Below, one piece after another: positions 38,209 to 49,231 of a stretch of DNA of 64,000 nt. The DNA is taken from contig CAVYKI010000012.1 in NCBI GenBank assembly GCA_963769025.1, forward strand, positions 32,001 to 96,000, written 5' to 3'. The notes beneath the pieces were generated by a model. The model did not search any database, was not told the DNA's origin, and was given only the letters and a program-made list of their open reading frames with translations. This stretch comes from an uncultured Verrucomicrobiae bacterium (GTDB taxonomy: Bacteria > Verrucomicrobiota > Verrucomicrobiia > Chthoniobacterales > Chthoniobacteraceae). Position numbers and translations under genes: made by a program. The stretch's first letter is position 1, and every line of letters begins with the position of its first letter.

Positions 38209-41200
38209 GTGAACCCCGCGGACACCCAAAAGCACTCCCCCGACCGAGCCCTGAACCTGCAGATTGCAGGAGGGCGTCAGCCGGATGAACTCTTCCGGCT
38301 GGTCGTCGAGGCCACCCCCAATGCGATCGTGCTGGCCAACGCACAGGGGCTCATCCTCCTGGTGAACTCGGAGGCTGAAAAGCTCTTCGGCTATGACCGT
38401 GAGGAATTGGTCGGGAAACCTGTCGAGATGCTCCTGCCGGACCGGTATCGCGCGGCGCACCCGGGCTATCGCTCGGCCTACGCCGGGCAGCCGGAGACGC
38501 GGGCGATGGGCGCGGGGCGCGAACTTTTCGCACGGCGCAAGGACGGGTCGGAGGTGCCCGTCGAGATCGGCCTCAATCCCGTGGCCGGGCCCCAAGGCAC
38601 GCTCATCCTGAGCGCGATCATCGACATCACGGAACGCAAACAGACGGACGACCGGCTGCACGCTTCGCTGAAGGAGATCGGCGATCTGAAGGCGGCGCTC
38701 GACGAGCACGCCATCGTGGCGATCACGGATCCGCAAGGTCGGATCACGTTTGTGAACGAGAAGTTTTGCGCAATTTCCAAATACTCGCGCGGGGAACTGC
38801 TCGGGCAGGATCACCGCATCATCAATTCCGGCTTTCATCCCACGGAGTTCATCCGCGATCTCTGGACGACGATCACGCACGGGCGGGTCTGGCACGGCGA
38901 AATCAAGAACCGCGCGAAGGACGGGTCGTTTTATTGGGTGGACACGACCATCGTGCCGTTCCTCAACGAGCAGGGGAAGCCGCGGCAGTATGTGGCCATC
39001 CGGGCCGACATCACGGAACGCAAGCGCATCGAGGATCAGCTTCGCGCGTCGCTCAAGGACATCGGGGATCTGCAAGCGGCGCTCGACGAGCATGCGATTG
39101 TGGCGATCACCGATCCGCAGGGGCGGATCACCTATGTGAACGACAGGTTCTGCGCGATCTCGAAGTATTCACGCGAGGAATTGCTCGGGCAGGACCACCG
39201 GATCATCAACTCGGGCTTCCACCCCACGGAATTCATCCGGGACCTGTGGACGACGATCGCGCACGGGCGCGTGTGGCGAGGGGAAATCAAGAACCGCGCG
39301 AAGGACGGTTCGTTCTATTGGGTGGACACGACCATCGTGCCGTTCCTCAACGAGCAGGGAAAGCCGCGCCAATATGTGGCCATCCGCGCCGACATCACCG
39401 AGCGCAAGCGCGTCGAGGGGCAGCTCCGCGCATCACTCCAGGAGGTGAACGACCTGAAGGCGGCGCTGGATGAGCACGCCATCGTGGCCATCACCGATCC
39501 GCAGGGGCGGATCACCTACGTGAACGACAAATTCTGTGCGATCTCGAAATACTCGCGCGAGGAGCTGCTCGGCCAGGATCACCGCATCATCAACTCCGCC
39601 TTTCATCCCACGGAGTTCATCCGCGAGCTGTGGACGACGATCACGCACGGGCGGGTCTGGCACGGCGAAATCAAGAACCGCGCGAAGGACGGGTCGTTTT
39701 ACTGGGTGGACACGACCATCGTGCCGTTCCTCAACGAGCAGGGGAAACCGCGCCAGTATGTGGCGATCCGGGCCGACATCACGGAGCGCAAGCGGGCCGA
39801 GGAAGAAGCCGCGCGGCTGGTCGCCATTGTCGAATCCTCCGACGAAGCCATCATCGGCAAGGATTTGAACGGGATCGTCACGAGCTGGAACACGGGGGCG
39901 GCGAAGATCTTCGGCTACTCCGCCTCGGAGATGATCGGCCAACCGGTCACGCGCCTGATTCCGCCGGAGCGCCAGGACGAGGAGGTGCGGATTCTCGAGA
40001 ATATCCGGCACGGCGAAAACGTGCGGCAATTCGAGACGGTGCGGGTTCGCAAGGATGGGAGCACTTTCGACGTCCTGCTGACGGTGTCCGCGATCAAAGA
40101 CCGGGAAGGCAGAATCGTCGGTGCCTCGAAGGTGGCGCGCGACATCACCGACCAAAAGCGGGCCGAGGCGGCGCTGCGCGAGAGCGAGGACCGGCTGCAC
40201 CGGTCCGTCGAGGAGTCGCCGATCCCGATGATCATCCATGACGAGGACGGCCGCATCCTGCTGCTGAGCAAGGGCTGGACGAAATTCTCGGGCTACACGA
40301 TCGATGAAATACCGACGATGTCCGACTGGACGGAGAAGGCGTATGGCGAGCGCAAGGAAACGGTGAAGGCGTATATCGACGAGCTCTTCGCCATCGGTGA
40401 AACGGTGGCGAACGGCGAATGGACCATCACGGCGAAGGACGGGGCGAAACGGATTTGGGATTTTCAGACAACGCCGCTCGGGCAGTCGAGTGCGGGCCGG
40501 CGGGTGCTGCTCAGCCTCGCGGTGGATATCACGGATCGGAAGCGGGCCGAGGATGAGATTCGCCAGCTCAATACGGAACTCGAACAGCGCGTGATCCAGC
40601 GCACGGCGGAATTGGAAGCGGCGAACAAGGAGCTGGAGGCGTTTTCGTATTCCGTCTCGCACGATCTGCGCGCGCCGCTGCGCGCGGTGGACGGGTTCGC
40701 GCAGGCGGTGGTGGAGGATTACGGTCCGCAGTTGCCGGAGGAGGGCCGGCGTTACCTGCAGACCATCCGGCACGGGGCGCAGAAAATGGGCGCGCTCATT
40801 GACGACTTGCTGACCTTCTCCCGCCTCAGCCGCGCGCCCCTGAACAGGAAGGAAGTGAACACGGGAAGCCTCGTGCAGGGGGTTCTTGAAGACCTGCGTT
40901 CCCAGCATGCCGGGCGGAAGATCGAGCTGCGAATCGGGGAACTGCCGGCTTGCGGCGGCGATCCCGCCTTGCTCAAGCAAGTCTGGGTCAATCTCCTGTC
41001 GAACGCATTCAAATACACGCAGAAGCGCGAGGCCGCGGTGATCGAGATCGGCTGCGAGGCAAAGCCCGAGGACGATGTCTGGTTCGTACGCGACAACGGC
41101 ACGGGGTTCGACATGCGCTATGCGGACAAGCTCTTCGGAGTCTTCCAGCGGCTGCACCGCGCGGAGGATTTCGAGGGCACGGGCGTCGGCCTCGCCATCG

Positions 41201-41304
41201 TGCAGCGGATTATTCACCGCCACGGCGGACGTGTCTGGGCCGATGCCGCCGTCGGGGGCGGAGCGACCTTTTATTTCACCCTCAAAGGAGAAACCAAACC
41301 ATGA
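38209..41304 (+). CDS. Cytoplasmic multi-PAS sensor histidine kinase (six PAS/PAC)
   Basis: PAS domains ending DITERK; H-box [14 protein letters not shown] box [10 protein letters not shown] boxes DNGTGFD and GTGVGLA. Confidence 0.95.
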   Translation: MNPADTQKHSPDRALNLQIAGGRQPDELFRLVVEATPNAIVLANAQGLILLVNSEAEKLFGYDREELVGKPVEMLLPDRYRAAHPGYRSAYAGQPETRAMGAGRELFARRKDGSEVPVEIGLNPVAGPQGTLILSAIIDITERKQTDDRLHASLKEIGDLKAALDEHAIVAITDPQGRITFVNEKFCAISKYSRGELLGQDHRIINSGFHPTEFIRDLWTTITHGRVWHGEIKNRAKDGSFYWVDTTIVPFLNEQGKPRQYVAIRADITERKRIEDQLRASLKDIGDLQAALDEHAIVAITDPQGRITYVNDRFCAISKYSREELLGQDHRIINSGFHPTEFIRDLWTTIAHGRVWRGEIKNRAKDGSFYWVDTTIVPFLNEQGKPRQYVAIRADITERKRVEGQLRASLQEVNDLKAALDEHAIVAITDPQGRITYVNDKFCAISKYSREELLGQDHRIINSAFHPTEFIRELWTTITHGRVWHGEIKNRAKDGSFYWVDTTIVPFLNEQGKPRQYVAIRADITERKRAEEEAARLVAIVESSDEAIIGKDLNGIVTSWNTGAAKIFGYSASEMIGQPVTRLIPPERQDEEVRILENIRHGENVRQFETVRVRKDGSTFDVLLTVSAIKDREGRIVGASKVARDITDQKRAEAALRESEDRLHRSVEESPIPMIIHDEDGRILLLSKGWTKFSGYTIDEIPTMSDWTEKAYGERKETVKAYIDELFAIGETVANGEWTITAKDGAKRIWDFQTTPLGQSSAGRRVLLSLAVDITDRKRAEDEIRQLNTELEQRVIQRTAELEAANKELEAFSYSVSHDLRAPLRAVDGFAQAVVEDYGPQLPEEGRRYLQTIRHGAQKMGALIDDLLTFSRLSRAPLNRKEVNTGSLVQGVLEDLRSQHAGRKIELRIGELPACGGDPALLKQVWVNLLSNAFKYTQKREAAVIEIGCEAKPEDDVWFVRDNGTGFDMRYADKLFGVFQRLHRAEDFEGTGVGLAIVQRIIHRHGGRVWADAAVGGGATFYFTLKGETKP
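38677..39795 (+). repeat. Three tandem 384-bp (128-aa) near-identical PAS-PAC coding repeats
   Basis: Units start at 38677, 39061 and 39445 ([24 protein letters not shown]...[13 protein letters not shown]). Confidence 0.95.
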
Positions 41305-41753
41305 GCGAAACCACCCATATCGAAATCCTGCTGGTCGAAGACAACCCTCAGGACCTGGAACTTGCGCAGCGCGCGCTGCGCAAGGCCAATGTCACAAACC
41401 GAATTCATATCGCCCGCGACGGTGCGGAGGCGCTGGAGTTTATTTTCTGCGAAGGGCCGCACGCCGCGCGGAAGATCGAGGATTCGCCCAAGGTGATCCT
41501 GCTGGATCTGAAGCTGCCGAAGGTGGACGGACTCGAAGTGCTCAAGCGCATCAAGGGCGATCCGCGCACCCGTGCGATCCCGGTGGTCGTGCTCACTTCC
41601 TCGAAGGAACAGAACGACGTGGTGGAAAGCTACGATCTGGGCGTGAACAGTTACATCGTGAAACCGGTGAATTTCGAGGGGTTTGTCTCGGCGGTGCAGC
41701 AGCTCGGGATGTACTGGCTGCTGCTCAACCAGCCACCAGCGCTGGAAAAATAA
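41301..41753 (+). CDS. Rcp1-like single-domain response regulator
   Basis: [36 protein letters not shown] overlap with the kinase. Confidence 0.93.
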   Translation: MSETTHIEILLVEDNPQDLELAQRALRKANVTNRIHIARDGAEALEFIFCEGPHAARKIEDSPKVILLDLKLPKVDGLEVLKRIKGDPRTRAIPVVVLTSSKEQNDVVESYDLGVNSYIVKPVNFEGFVSAVQQLGMYWLLLNQPPALEK

Positions 41754-44060
41754 ATGGCGCAGCCGCTGCGAGTCTTGATTGCCGAGGATAATCCCGCCGA
41801 CGCCGAGCTGGTCGTGCTTCAGTTGCGCCGCGCCGGATTTGAACCCGAGTGGGAACGTGTGGATACCGAAGCCCGGTATCTCGAACGGCTCCAGACGAAC
41901 CCCGACGTCATTCTTTCAGACTACAACATCCCTGGCTTTGGCGGATTGCGGGCGCTCGACCTGTTGCAGGCGGGCGGGCGCGAGATTCCCTTCATCATCA
42001 TCTCCGGCACCATCGGCGAGGAAACCGCCGTGGAGGCCATGAAGCACGGGGCCGCGGATTATCTGCTGAAGGATCGCCTGGCGCGCCTCGGATCAGCGGT
42101 CACCCGGGCAGTGGAACAGGCCCGCTTGCGCAGGGAGCGAAAGGAGGCCGAGGCATTGCTTCGCCGGAGTGAGGCCGAGTTCCGCGGGATGACGGAGGCG
42201 TCGCCGTTGGGGATTTTTGTGGCGGATTGCGACGGGCTCATCACGTACGCCAATTTCACGCTGCGGCGGATGCTGGATGTCGGTTTCCGGGAAGTTGTAG
42301 GCAGCGGATGGGTCCGATCCGTCCATCCGCAGGATCGGAACGAGCTGCGGGCAAAATGGCAGGAAGCCATCGCCGGGAAGCAACGGTTTGAATCCGATGC
42401 CCGCTGCGTGCGTCCCGATGGCACGACGATCCATGTGAACGTCAGAACCGCGGTGATGCGGGAGGACGAGCACATCCTCGGCTACGTGGGCGCGGTGCAA
42501 GACGTCACCGAGCGAAAGCGTGCCGAGGAACGCATCCGCGAACAGGCCTCGATGCTCGATCACGCGCACGACGCCATCATCGTGCGCGACATCCACACCG
42601 GGCGGATCACTTTCTGGAACAAGGGTGCGGAGGGGCTGTATGGCTGGACTGCGGCGGAAGCGGAAGGCAGGGACATCGGGGAGCTGCTCTTTGCGGATCC
42701 CGGCACGCTGGACGGCATCACGGGGGAATTGCTCACGACCGGTGAAAGCCGCGGTGACCGCAAGCACGTGACGAAGGCCGGGAAGGAACTGACGGTGAGC
42801 AGCCACGTGACGCTGGTGCGCGATGACACGGGAACTCCCAAGTCGGCGCTGGTAATCAACATCGACATCACGGAGCAGAAGAACCTCGAGGCGCGGATGC
42901 TGCGCGCGCAGCGGATGGAAAGCATCGGAACACTCGCCAGCGGCGTCGCGCACGACCTGAACAACATCCTGGCGCCGATCATGATGTCCGTGCCCGTGCT
43001 TCGCATGAAGAACTCGGATGCGGAGCGGGAAAGAATCATCTCCACCATCGAGATGAGCGCCGAGCGCGGCGCGCAGATCGTGAAGCAGGTCCTCACCTTT
43101 GGCCGCGGCATCGAAGGCGAACGCCGGCGCCTGCAATTCGGCCCGCTGTTCGGGGAGATCGTGAAGATCGTGCGCGGGACGTTCCCGAAGAGCATCACGA
43201 TCGACAGCACGATCAAACCGGACGCCTGGCCGGTGCTCGGCGACGCGACGCAGATGCACCAGATCCTGCTCAACCTCTGCATCAATGCGCGCGATGCGAT
43301 GCCCGCGGGAGGCAAGCTGCGCCTGGGCGCGCGGAATCTCCTGCTCGATGCCAGCTTTTCCAGCATGATGCCCGGCACCACGCCCGGGCCTTACGTACTT
43401 CTCGAAGTGAGCGACAATGGGACGGGCATCCCGCCGGAGATCATCGAGCGCATCTTTGACCCGTTCTTCACCACCAAGGGCATCGGCGACGGGACCGGAC
43501 TGGGCCTTTCGACCGTGCTCGGGATCGTCAAGAGCCACGGGGGACACATCACCGTGGCGAGCACCCCGGGCACGGGCACGACCTTCCAGATCTACCTGCC
43601 GGCTTCCGCGGATGCCGAAGAGGGCCAGACCGTTCCCGACCCGGGCACACCTCCTCCGCAGGGACACGGGGAATGCATCCTGGTGGTGGACGACGAGGCA
43701 GCCGTGCGCGCCACAGCGCAGGATGTCCTCGAGATGAACGGCTACCGTACGCTGCAAGCCGCCGATGGCACCGAAGCGCTCGTGATCTTTGCACAGAACT
43801 CCGAGACCGTCGCCGCCGTGCTCACGGATCTCATGATGCCGCTCATGGACGGCATCGCATTGATCCGCGCCTTGCGAGCGATGGTGCCGCACCTGCCGAT
43901 CCTCGCTTCGACCGGGCTTGCCGAGAAGACGCGCACGAGCGAACTGGAGGCGATGAACGTAAAATGCGTCCTCGCCAAGCCGTACGGTGCGAATGCCCTT
44001 TTGCATGCCATCGACGGGGCGTTGCACCCGGGGGCGGTTCAGGCGGATCGCGCTCCGTGA
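41754..44060 (+). CDS. Hybrid sensor kinase REC-PAS-PAS-HisKA-HATPase-REC
   Basis: LASGVAHDLNNIL, LNLCINARDAM, IFDPFFTTK, GTGLGL; receivers at both ends. Confidence 0.95.
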   Translation: MAQPLRVLIAEDNPADAELVVLQLRRAGFEPEWERVDTEARYLERLQTNPDVILSDYNIPGFGGLRALDLLQAGGREIPFIIISGTIGEETAVEAMKHGAADYLLKDRLARLGSAVTRAVEQARLRRERKEAEALLRRSEAEFRGMTEASPLGIFVADCDGLITYANFTLRRMLDVGFREVVGSGWVRSVHPQDRNELRAKWQEAIAGKQRFESDARCVRPDGTTIHVNVRTAVMREDEHILGYVGAVQDVTERKRAEERIREQASMLDHAHDAIIVRDIHTGRITFWNKGAEGLYGWTAAEAEGRDIGELLFADPGTLDGITGELLTTGESRGDRKHVTKAGKELTVSSHVTLVRDDTGTPKSALVINIDITEQKNLEARMLRAQRMESIGTLASGVAHDLNNILAPIMMSVPVLRMKNSDAERERIISTIEMSAERGAQIVKQVLTFGRGIEGERRRLQFGPLFGEIVKIVRGTFPKSITIDSTIKPDAWPVLGDATQMHQILLNLCINARDAMPAGGKLRLGARNLLLDASFSSMMPGTTPGPYVLLEVSDNGTGIPPEIIERIFDPFFTTKGIGDGTGLGLSTVLGIVKSHGGHITVASTPGTGTTFQIYLPASADAEEGQTVPDPGTPPPQGHGECILVVDDEAAVRATAQDVLEMNGYRTLQAADGTEALVIFAQNSETVAAVLTDLMMPLMDGIALIRALRAMVPHLPILASTGLAEKTRTSELEAMNVKCVLAKPYGANALLHAIDGALHPGAVQADRAP

Positions 44061-44073
44061 GGAGTTTCCAACC

Positions 44074-44727
44074 GTGAAGAAGAAGACCCGGATCCTAATC
44101 GTTGACGATCACGAGATCGTCCGCCGCGGGATCCGGACGGTGATCGAGACGGAGTGGGGCTGGGAGATATGCGGGGAGGCCGAGGATGGCCGGCGGGCGG
44201 TTTCCATGGCCCTGGAGCTGAAGCCGGAGATCGTCATCGTGGATGTCGCGATGCCGGAACTCGGCGGCGTGGAAGTGACGCGCCAGATCAAGCGCGGTTT
44301 GCCGGGGACTGAGGTGCTGGTCTTCTCCGGCCAGGAGAATGAGACCTTGGTGCATGAGATCCTCGCGGCAGGCGCCCGGGGATTCGTGCTCAAGACCGAG
44401 TCGGCCGCGCATCTCATCCCGGCCATCAAGGCGCTCAGCGATCACCAGCCCTACTTCGGCGGGCACGTCTCGGGCATCGTCTTCGGGCGGTACCTGAAGG
44501 GATCGATGACTCCCGCCGAGGCCGCACCCGGCGGCATCACTCCGCGCGAGCGCGAAATCGTGCAACTGCTTGCCGAGGGCAAGAGTAACAAGGACGTGGC
44601 TGCCGTACTCGGCATCAGCGTCAAGACCGCGGAGACGCATCGCGCGGCCATCATGCGCAAGCTGGGCTTCACGGCGTTCAGCGAACTGGTGCGCTACGCG
44701 GTCCGCAATCACCTCGTGCAGCCCTGA
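44074..44727 (+). CDS. NarL/LuxR-family response regulator
   Basis: ILIVDDHEIVRRG; ITPREREIVQLLAEGKSNKDVAAVLGISVKTAETHR. Confidence 0.93.
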   Translation: MKKKTRILIVDDHEIVRRGIRTVIETEWGWEICGEAEDGRRAVSMALELKPEIVIVDVAMPELGGVEVTRQIKRGLPGTEVLVFSGQENETLVHEILAAGARGFVLKTESAAHLIPAIKALSDHQPYFGGHVSGIVFGRYLKGSMTPAEAAPGGITPREREIVQLLAEGKSNKDVAAVLGISVKTAETHRAAIMRKLGFTAFSELVRYAVRNHLVQP

Positions 44728-44736
44728 AGGGCCACG

Positions 44737-44826
44737 GGCATCGGGATCGCCGAAAGCCACCAAGGTTTCCTCGATGTCTGGAGCGCGGCGGGCAAAGGCA
44801 CGATGTTCGAGAGCTTCCTGCCTGCC
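44737..44826 (+). pseudogene. Relic of a histidine-kinase HATPase C-terminus
   Basis: No start codon; GIGIAESHQGFLDVWSAAGKGTMFESFLPA aligns with LGIVKSHGGHITVASTPGTGTTFQIYLPA of the upstream hybrid kinase. Confidence 0.55.
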
Positions 44827-44984
44827 GTTAATGAAAGTTTGCAGTTCCCAAGCCCTTCAACACAGGGACTCTCATTTCCAAGCTCGACGAAGCGATCTCA
44901 TCGCAGCCCGACAGCCGCCCGAACCCGGAACGGCCCTGCGCGTGAGCGGAATCTGAATTGCCGAAGTTCGCGATAGCCTGCGGA

Positions 44985-46136
44985 TCAGATCGCTGCGCCG
45001 AGGATTTCCAGGCCGCGGACCAGTTCGGATTCCGACGCCTTCGCGCAATTCAGCCGCATGAATTTCCCGGGGGCCTGCGCCGGGAAGAACACGTCGCCGG
45101 CGCAGAAGACGACGCCCTTCTCGCGGGCGCGCACTTTCACCTGCGCGGGGTCGGCGGTGTCGGGGAGCTGCACCCACAGCATGTAGCCGCCGACCGGCTC
45201 GGCGATGCGCGTGCCCGCCGGAAAGCTCCGCGTGATCGCGTCGCGGGCGAGCGTGCGGCGGCGCTGGTTGCGCTCGCGGAGGCGGGAGAGGTGCGACTCG
45301 ACCTTTCCCAGCTCGAAGAACGCTCGCAGCGTTCCCTCGCTGAGCACGGAGCCGTGCATGTCGTCCTGGCATTTCAACGTCGCGGCCTGCTCGAAGAGCG
45401 AGCCCGGCACGCAAAAGCCCGCGCGGAGTCCCGGCGAGACGCTTTTCGAAAAGCTCGTGACGTAGGACACGGTCGAGCCGTCGTCGAAGGCGAGCATCGG
45501 CTTCGGCGCGCCGCCATCCACGAGCTCGGCGTAGATGTCATCCTCGATGATGCGCACGCCGAGCCGCCGGCACACCTCGACGAGCGCCATGCGCGCGGGC
45601 TCGGGCATCGTCGAGCCGCTCGGGTTCGAGAGCGTCGTGCAGACGAAGAGGCACTTCGGTTTCCAGCGTTCGAGCAGTTCCGCGACCTCGGCGACGTCGA
45701 ACCCGTCTCCGCTGCGCTCCGGCAGCGGCAGGATGCGCGCGCCTTTCGCCGCGATGAGCTCGAGCAGCGCGTAGTATGCCGGGGTCTGGCACGCGACGAT
45801 GTCGCCGGGCTGCACGAGCACCGAGAGCATGAGCTGCAGCGCCTGCTGGCAGCCGGTGGTCGTGAGCACCTGCGGGCCGGTCACTTTCGCGCCACGCCGC
45901 GAGAGCCGCTCGGCAAAGAGCGCGCGGAGGCGGTGGTCGCCCTCGGGATGGTGATACGCGAAGAGACGCGCACCGTCGTCCGTGCATGCCTTTTCAAACG
46001 CGGCGCGGAGTCCCGCGACCGGCAGCGAATCGGTGGCGGGGACGCCCGCGGCGAGATTGATCAGGCCCGGCTCGTCCGCCTGCCGCATGAAATCCACGAG
46101 GCGTCCGGAGGCTTGGAAAAGGAAAGGTTCGGTCAC
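44985..46136 (-). CDS. PLP-dependent class I/II aminotransferase (MocR/LysN-like, no HTH)
   Basis: INLAAGVP, TTGCQQAL, NPSG, IIEDDIY, SFSKSVSPGLRAG. Confidence 0.9.
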   Translation of the reverse strand: MTEPFLFQASGRLVDFMRQADEPGLINLAAGVPATDSLPVAGLRAAFEKACTDDGARLFAYHHPEGDHRLRALFAERLSRRGAKVTGPQVLTTTGCQQALQLMLSVLVQPGDIVACQTPAYYALLELIAAKGARILPLPERSGDGFDVAEVAELLERWKPKCLFVCTTLSNPSGSTMPEPARMALVEVCRRLGVRIIEDDIYAELVDGGAPKPMLAFDDGSTVSYVTSFSKSVSPGLRAGFCVPGSLFEQAATLKCQDDMHGSVLSEGTLRAFFELGKVESHLSRLRERNQRRRTLARDAITRSFPAGTRIAEPVGGYMLWVQLPDTADPAQVKVRAREKGVVFCAGDVFFPAQAPGKFMRLNCAKASESELVRGLEILGAAI

Positions 46137-46181
46137 AAGGGAATCAGCGTAGGGCTTGCGCGGCGAAAATCCAACCCGCGC

Positions 46182-47414
46182 TCACTGCGCGCTCCATTCG
46201 TGCGCCCCGTCGGCGAGCCCAAGATGCGCGAGCGCCTCGCCCGCGAGGAAAAGCGAGCCGGCGATGAGGATGCGTCCGTCTTCCGCCCGCGCCTCCGCGA
46301 GCGCGGCGGCAAGAGTGTCCGCGACGCTCACCGGAATGGCCGGCGACTGCGCGCCGATCACCGCAGCGAGGTCCGCCGGTGGCAGCGCACGCGGACTTCG
46401 CACGGGGACGCAGACGATGCGCGCGGCGATCGGCAGCAACTCGGAGACGAAACCGGACGCGTCCTTGTCGGCGAGAATGCCGAGGATGAGCGTTGCCTTC
46501 TGATCGCCAAATTCCTCGCGCCATGTCGTCGCGAGCTGCACGGCGGCGGAGGGATTGTGCGCGCCGTCGATGATGAGGCGGTCGTCCACGCGCTGAAACC
46601 TCGCCGGCCACTCGGCACCGGCAAAAGCCTCGCGGACCGCGCCCGGCTCGGGACGCATTCCGGATGCAATGAGCGCGGCAAACGCGAGGGCCGCGTTCCA
46701 CCGCTGATGGCTGCCCGCAAGCGCGAGCGGCCATTCGGCGCCGAGCGGCTGGCGGGTGAACTTCAGCGACGCGCCCGCTGCTTCCGCCACGGTGCGCAAG
46801 ACAGTCTCCACCTCCGGCAATTGCGGCGCAGAAACGACCGGCACGGATGGCTTGATGATGCCTGCCTTTTCCCCCGCGATCGCGGCGAGCGTGCCGCCGA
46901 GATATTGCATGTGATCGAGGCCGACCGGCGTGATGACCGAGACGGCGGGCGTGACGACGTTCGTCGCGTCGAGCCGCCCGCCCATTCCGGTTTCGAGGAT
47001 GACGATTTCCGCGCGCTGCTGCTGAAACCACGCGAGCGCGAGCGCGGTCGTCACTTCAAAGAAGGTCGGCGTGTGATCCCATCCTGCGGTGATGTCGCGG
47101 ATTTTGCCAAGGCCCTCGGCGACGTGCTCCTCCGGAATGCGATTCGGCCCGAGCCGGATGCGCTCGCGGAAGCTCACGAGGTGCGGCGACGTGTAGAGGC
47201 CGGTGCGGCGCTTCGCCGCGACGCAGACGGCGGCGAGCAACGCGCACACGGAACCTTTGCCATTCGTGCCCGCGACGTGGATGAACTTGCACTTCTCGCC
47301 GCTGGCGGTGTCGATGCCCAGCGCGTCGCAGAGACGGCGGATGTTTTCGAGACCGAGCTTTATCCCGTGGACCTGCAGGCCGTAGAGCCAGTCTAGCGCC
47401 TCGCGGTAATTCAT
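46182..47414 (-). CDS. folC: Bifunctional folylpolyglutamate/dihydrofolate synthase
   Basis: IHVAGTNGKGS, YTSPHL, ETGMGGRLDATN, IAGEKAGI, IDGAHN. Confidence 0.95.
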   Translation of the reverse strand: MNYREALDWLYGLQVHGIKLGLENIRRLCDALGIDTASGEKCKFIHVAGTNGKGSVCALLAAVCVAAKRRTGLYTSPHLVSFRERIRLGPNRIPEEHVAEGLGKIRDITAGWDHTPTFFEVTTALALAWFQQQRAEIVILETGMGGRLDATNVVTPAVSVITPVGLDHMQYLGGTLAAIAGEKAGIIKPSVPVVSAPQLPEVETVLRTVAEAAGASLKFTRQPLGAEWPLALAGSHQRWNAALAFAALIASGMRPEPGAVREAFAGAEWPARFQRVDDRLIIDGAHNPSAAVQLATTWREEFGDQKATLILGILADKDASGFVSELLPIAARIVCVPVRSPRALPPADLAAVIGAQSPAIPVSVADTLAAALAEARAEDGRILIAGSLFLAGEALAHLGLADGAHEWSAQ

Positions 47415-47535
47415 CGGAGGAAGCCGCGCGGGTAGCGGCGCACCGTTCCCTCAGAAACGAGCTCCTTCGCTCCCCCAGGAATGAGCGCGCGGCACCGATG
47501 TGCGATCCGCGGAAGACGGCCGTTGCCTGCGTCCA

Positions 47536-48378
47536 TCACGCCGCGGCGGGCGCGAGGTAGGCGAGGAGGCTGGCGAGCGTCTCCTTCATTTTTTTGCGAT
47601 GGACGATCATGTCCACGAGGCCGTGGTCCACGCAAAATTCGGCGGTCTGGAATCCCGGCGGCAGTTCCTGGTGCGTGGTCTCGCGAATGACGCGCGGGCC
47701 GGCGAAGCCGATCATGCAGCGCGGCTCGGCGATGATGATGTCGCCGACGCTCGCGTAGCTGGCCATCACGCCGGCGGTCGTCGGGTCGGTGAGGACGGAA
47801 ATGTATGGCAGCTTTGCATCCGAATGCCGCGCGAGCGCGCCGCAGGTTTTCGCCATCTGCATGAGCGAAAGCATGCCCTCGTACATCCGCGCGCCGCCGC
47901 TGGCGCTGACGATGATGACCGGGAGCCGCTGCGCGGTGGCACGCTCGATGGCTCGGGTGATTTTTTCGCCGACGACGCTGCCCATCGTCGCGGCGAGGAA
48001 TCCAAAATCCATCACGGCGATGCTCACCTTTTTCTGCTCGATCGCGCCGGTGCCGGTGATGACCGCATCGAGAAGCCCCGTGGACTTCTGATACTTTTTC
48101 AAGCGATCGGTGTAGCTGGCCTGACCGGTGAATTTCAACGTGTCCACGGACACGAGCTTGGCGTCGTGCTCCTCAAATGTCCCCTCGTCGATCAGCAGTT
48201 CGATACGCCCATGCGCCGTGAGCGAGAAGTGGTGCTCGCATTTCGGACAGATGCGGACGTTGCCCTCGATTTCGAGGTTGTGGATGATCTCGCTGCAGCG
48301 GGGACATTTCGTCCAGAGGCCGGCCGGGAGTTCGCGTTTCTTGCCGGACGTGAAGACCGGTTTGGAGAAGATTCCCAT
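47536..48378 (-). CDS. accD: Acetyl-CoA carboxylase carboxyltransferase beta subunit
   Basis: LWTKCPRC...CPKC zinc finger, MGSVVGEKI, SGGARMYEG, PTTAGVMAS, IGFAGPRVI, FQTAEF. Confidence 0.96.
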   Translation of the reverse strand: MGIFSKPVFTSGKKRELPAGLWTKCPRCSEIIHNLEIEGNVRICPKCEHHFSLTAHGRIELLIDEGTFEEHDAKLVSVDTLKFTGQASYTDRLKKYQKSTGLLDAVITGTGAIEQKKVSIAVMDFGFLAATMGSVVGEKITRAIERATAQRLPVIIVSASGGARMYEGMLSLMQMAKTCGALARHSDAKLPYISVLTDPTTAGVMASYASVGDIIIAEPRCMIGFAGPRVIRETTHQELPPGFQTAEFCVDHGLVDMIVHRKKMKETLASLLAYLAPAAA

Positions 48379-48499
48379 GGGATTTTGAGGGTCAGAGGCT
48401 TTCATGGACAGCACGGGATTTGCGGGGCTTCCGTTGGGCTGCCTTGGTTTTGAAGTGGCGGGTGATGATGGATTGCGGCGTCAGCATTTTGCTGCGGCT

Positions 48500-49231
48500 C
48501 TAGCCGCGGGCGACTGTGATGACTCTCACGGAGGAGGCACCGGCGTGCAATAGCACGCGGGAGCACTCCTCGACGGTGGAGCCCGTCGTGAAAACGTCGT
48601 CAACGAGGACGAGGTGTCGGTCTTTCACGCGCGCATTGTGGCGCACTCGGAAGGCGCCACGCAAGTTTTCCATTCGCTCGGCGCGGTCGAGCTTTGTCTG
48701 CGTGGAGGTGTAGCGGGTGCGCTTCAGCGCGTTCCACGCGGGAATGCCGCACCGGCGCGAGACGAGCGCGGCGAGTTCGGCGGCCTGGTTGAACTCGCGT
48801 TCGCGAAAGCGGATGTGGTGGAGCGGCACGGGCACGAATGCGTCGAACGGGCGCGAGGCAATGCGCGGATCATCGAGCGCCTCCGCGAGCCAGCCCGCGA
48901 GCGGATGCCGGAGATGGAACTGATGCTCGTACTTGAAGGCGTGGATGAAATCGCGGACGACACCGCGGCTGAGGAAAGGTGCGACGGCGCACTCGAAGCG
49001 AAGGTCGCGGCCGGCGCAATTCGAGCAGGTGAACTCCTGCGTGATCGCGCCGTCGAACTGCTGCGAGCAGCGCTGGCAGAATGGCGCCTCGATGCGGCGC
49101 GCCGTTTTCGCGCAGTCCGCGCAAAGGTGGATGCCCGGCTCCGTCGCGGCGCGGCACGCGGCGCAGTGCGGCGGGAAACAGAGCGTGCCGAGCGCGCTGA
49201 AAAAGTTACGCGCCGTCCTTGCGAGTCCCAT
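48500..49231 (-). CDS. comF: ComF family protein (zinc ribbon + PRTase)
   Basis: Cys pairs, VPVPLH, REFNQA, VLVDDVFTTGST. Confidence 0.9.
   Translation of the reverse strand: MGLARTARNFFSALGTLCFPPHCAACRAATEPGIHLCADCAKTARRIEAPFCQRCSQQFDGAITQEFTCSNCAGRDLRFECAVAPFLSRGVVRDFIHAFKYEHQFHLRHPLAGWLAEALDDPRIASRPFDAFVPVPLHHIRFREREFNQAAELAALVSRRCGIPAWNALKRTRYTSTQTKLDRAERMENLRGAFRVRHNARVKDRHLVLVDDVFTTGSTVEECSRVLLHAGASSVRVITVARG

Noticed and set aside
38677..39795. Long direct repeats as a CRISPR array, DGR TR/VR pair or assembly duplication
   Set aside because: They are in-frame 384-bp PAS coding units with mainly synonymous differences; no spacers, cas gene or reverse transcriptase.
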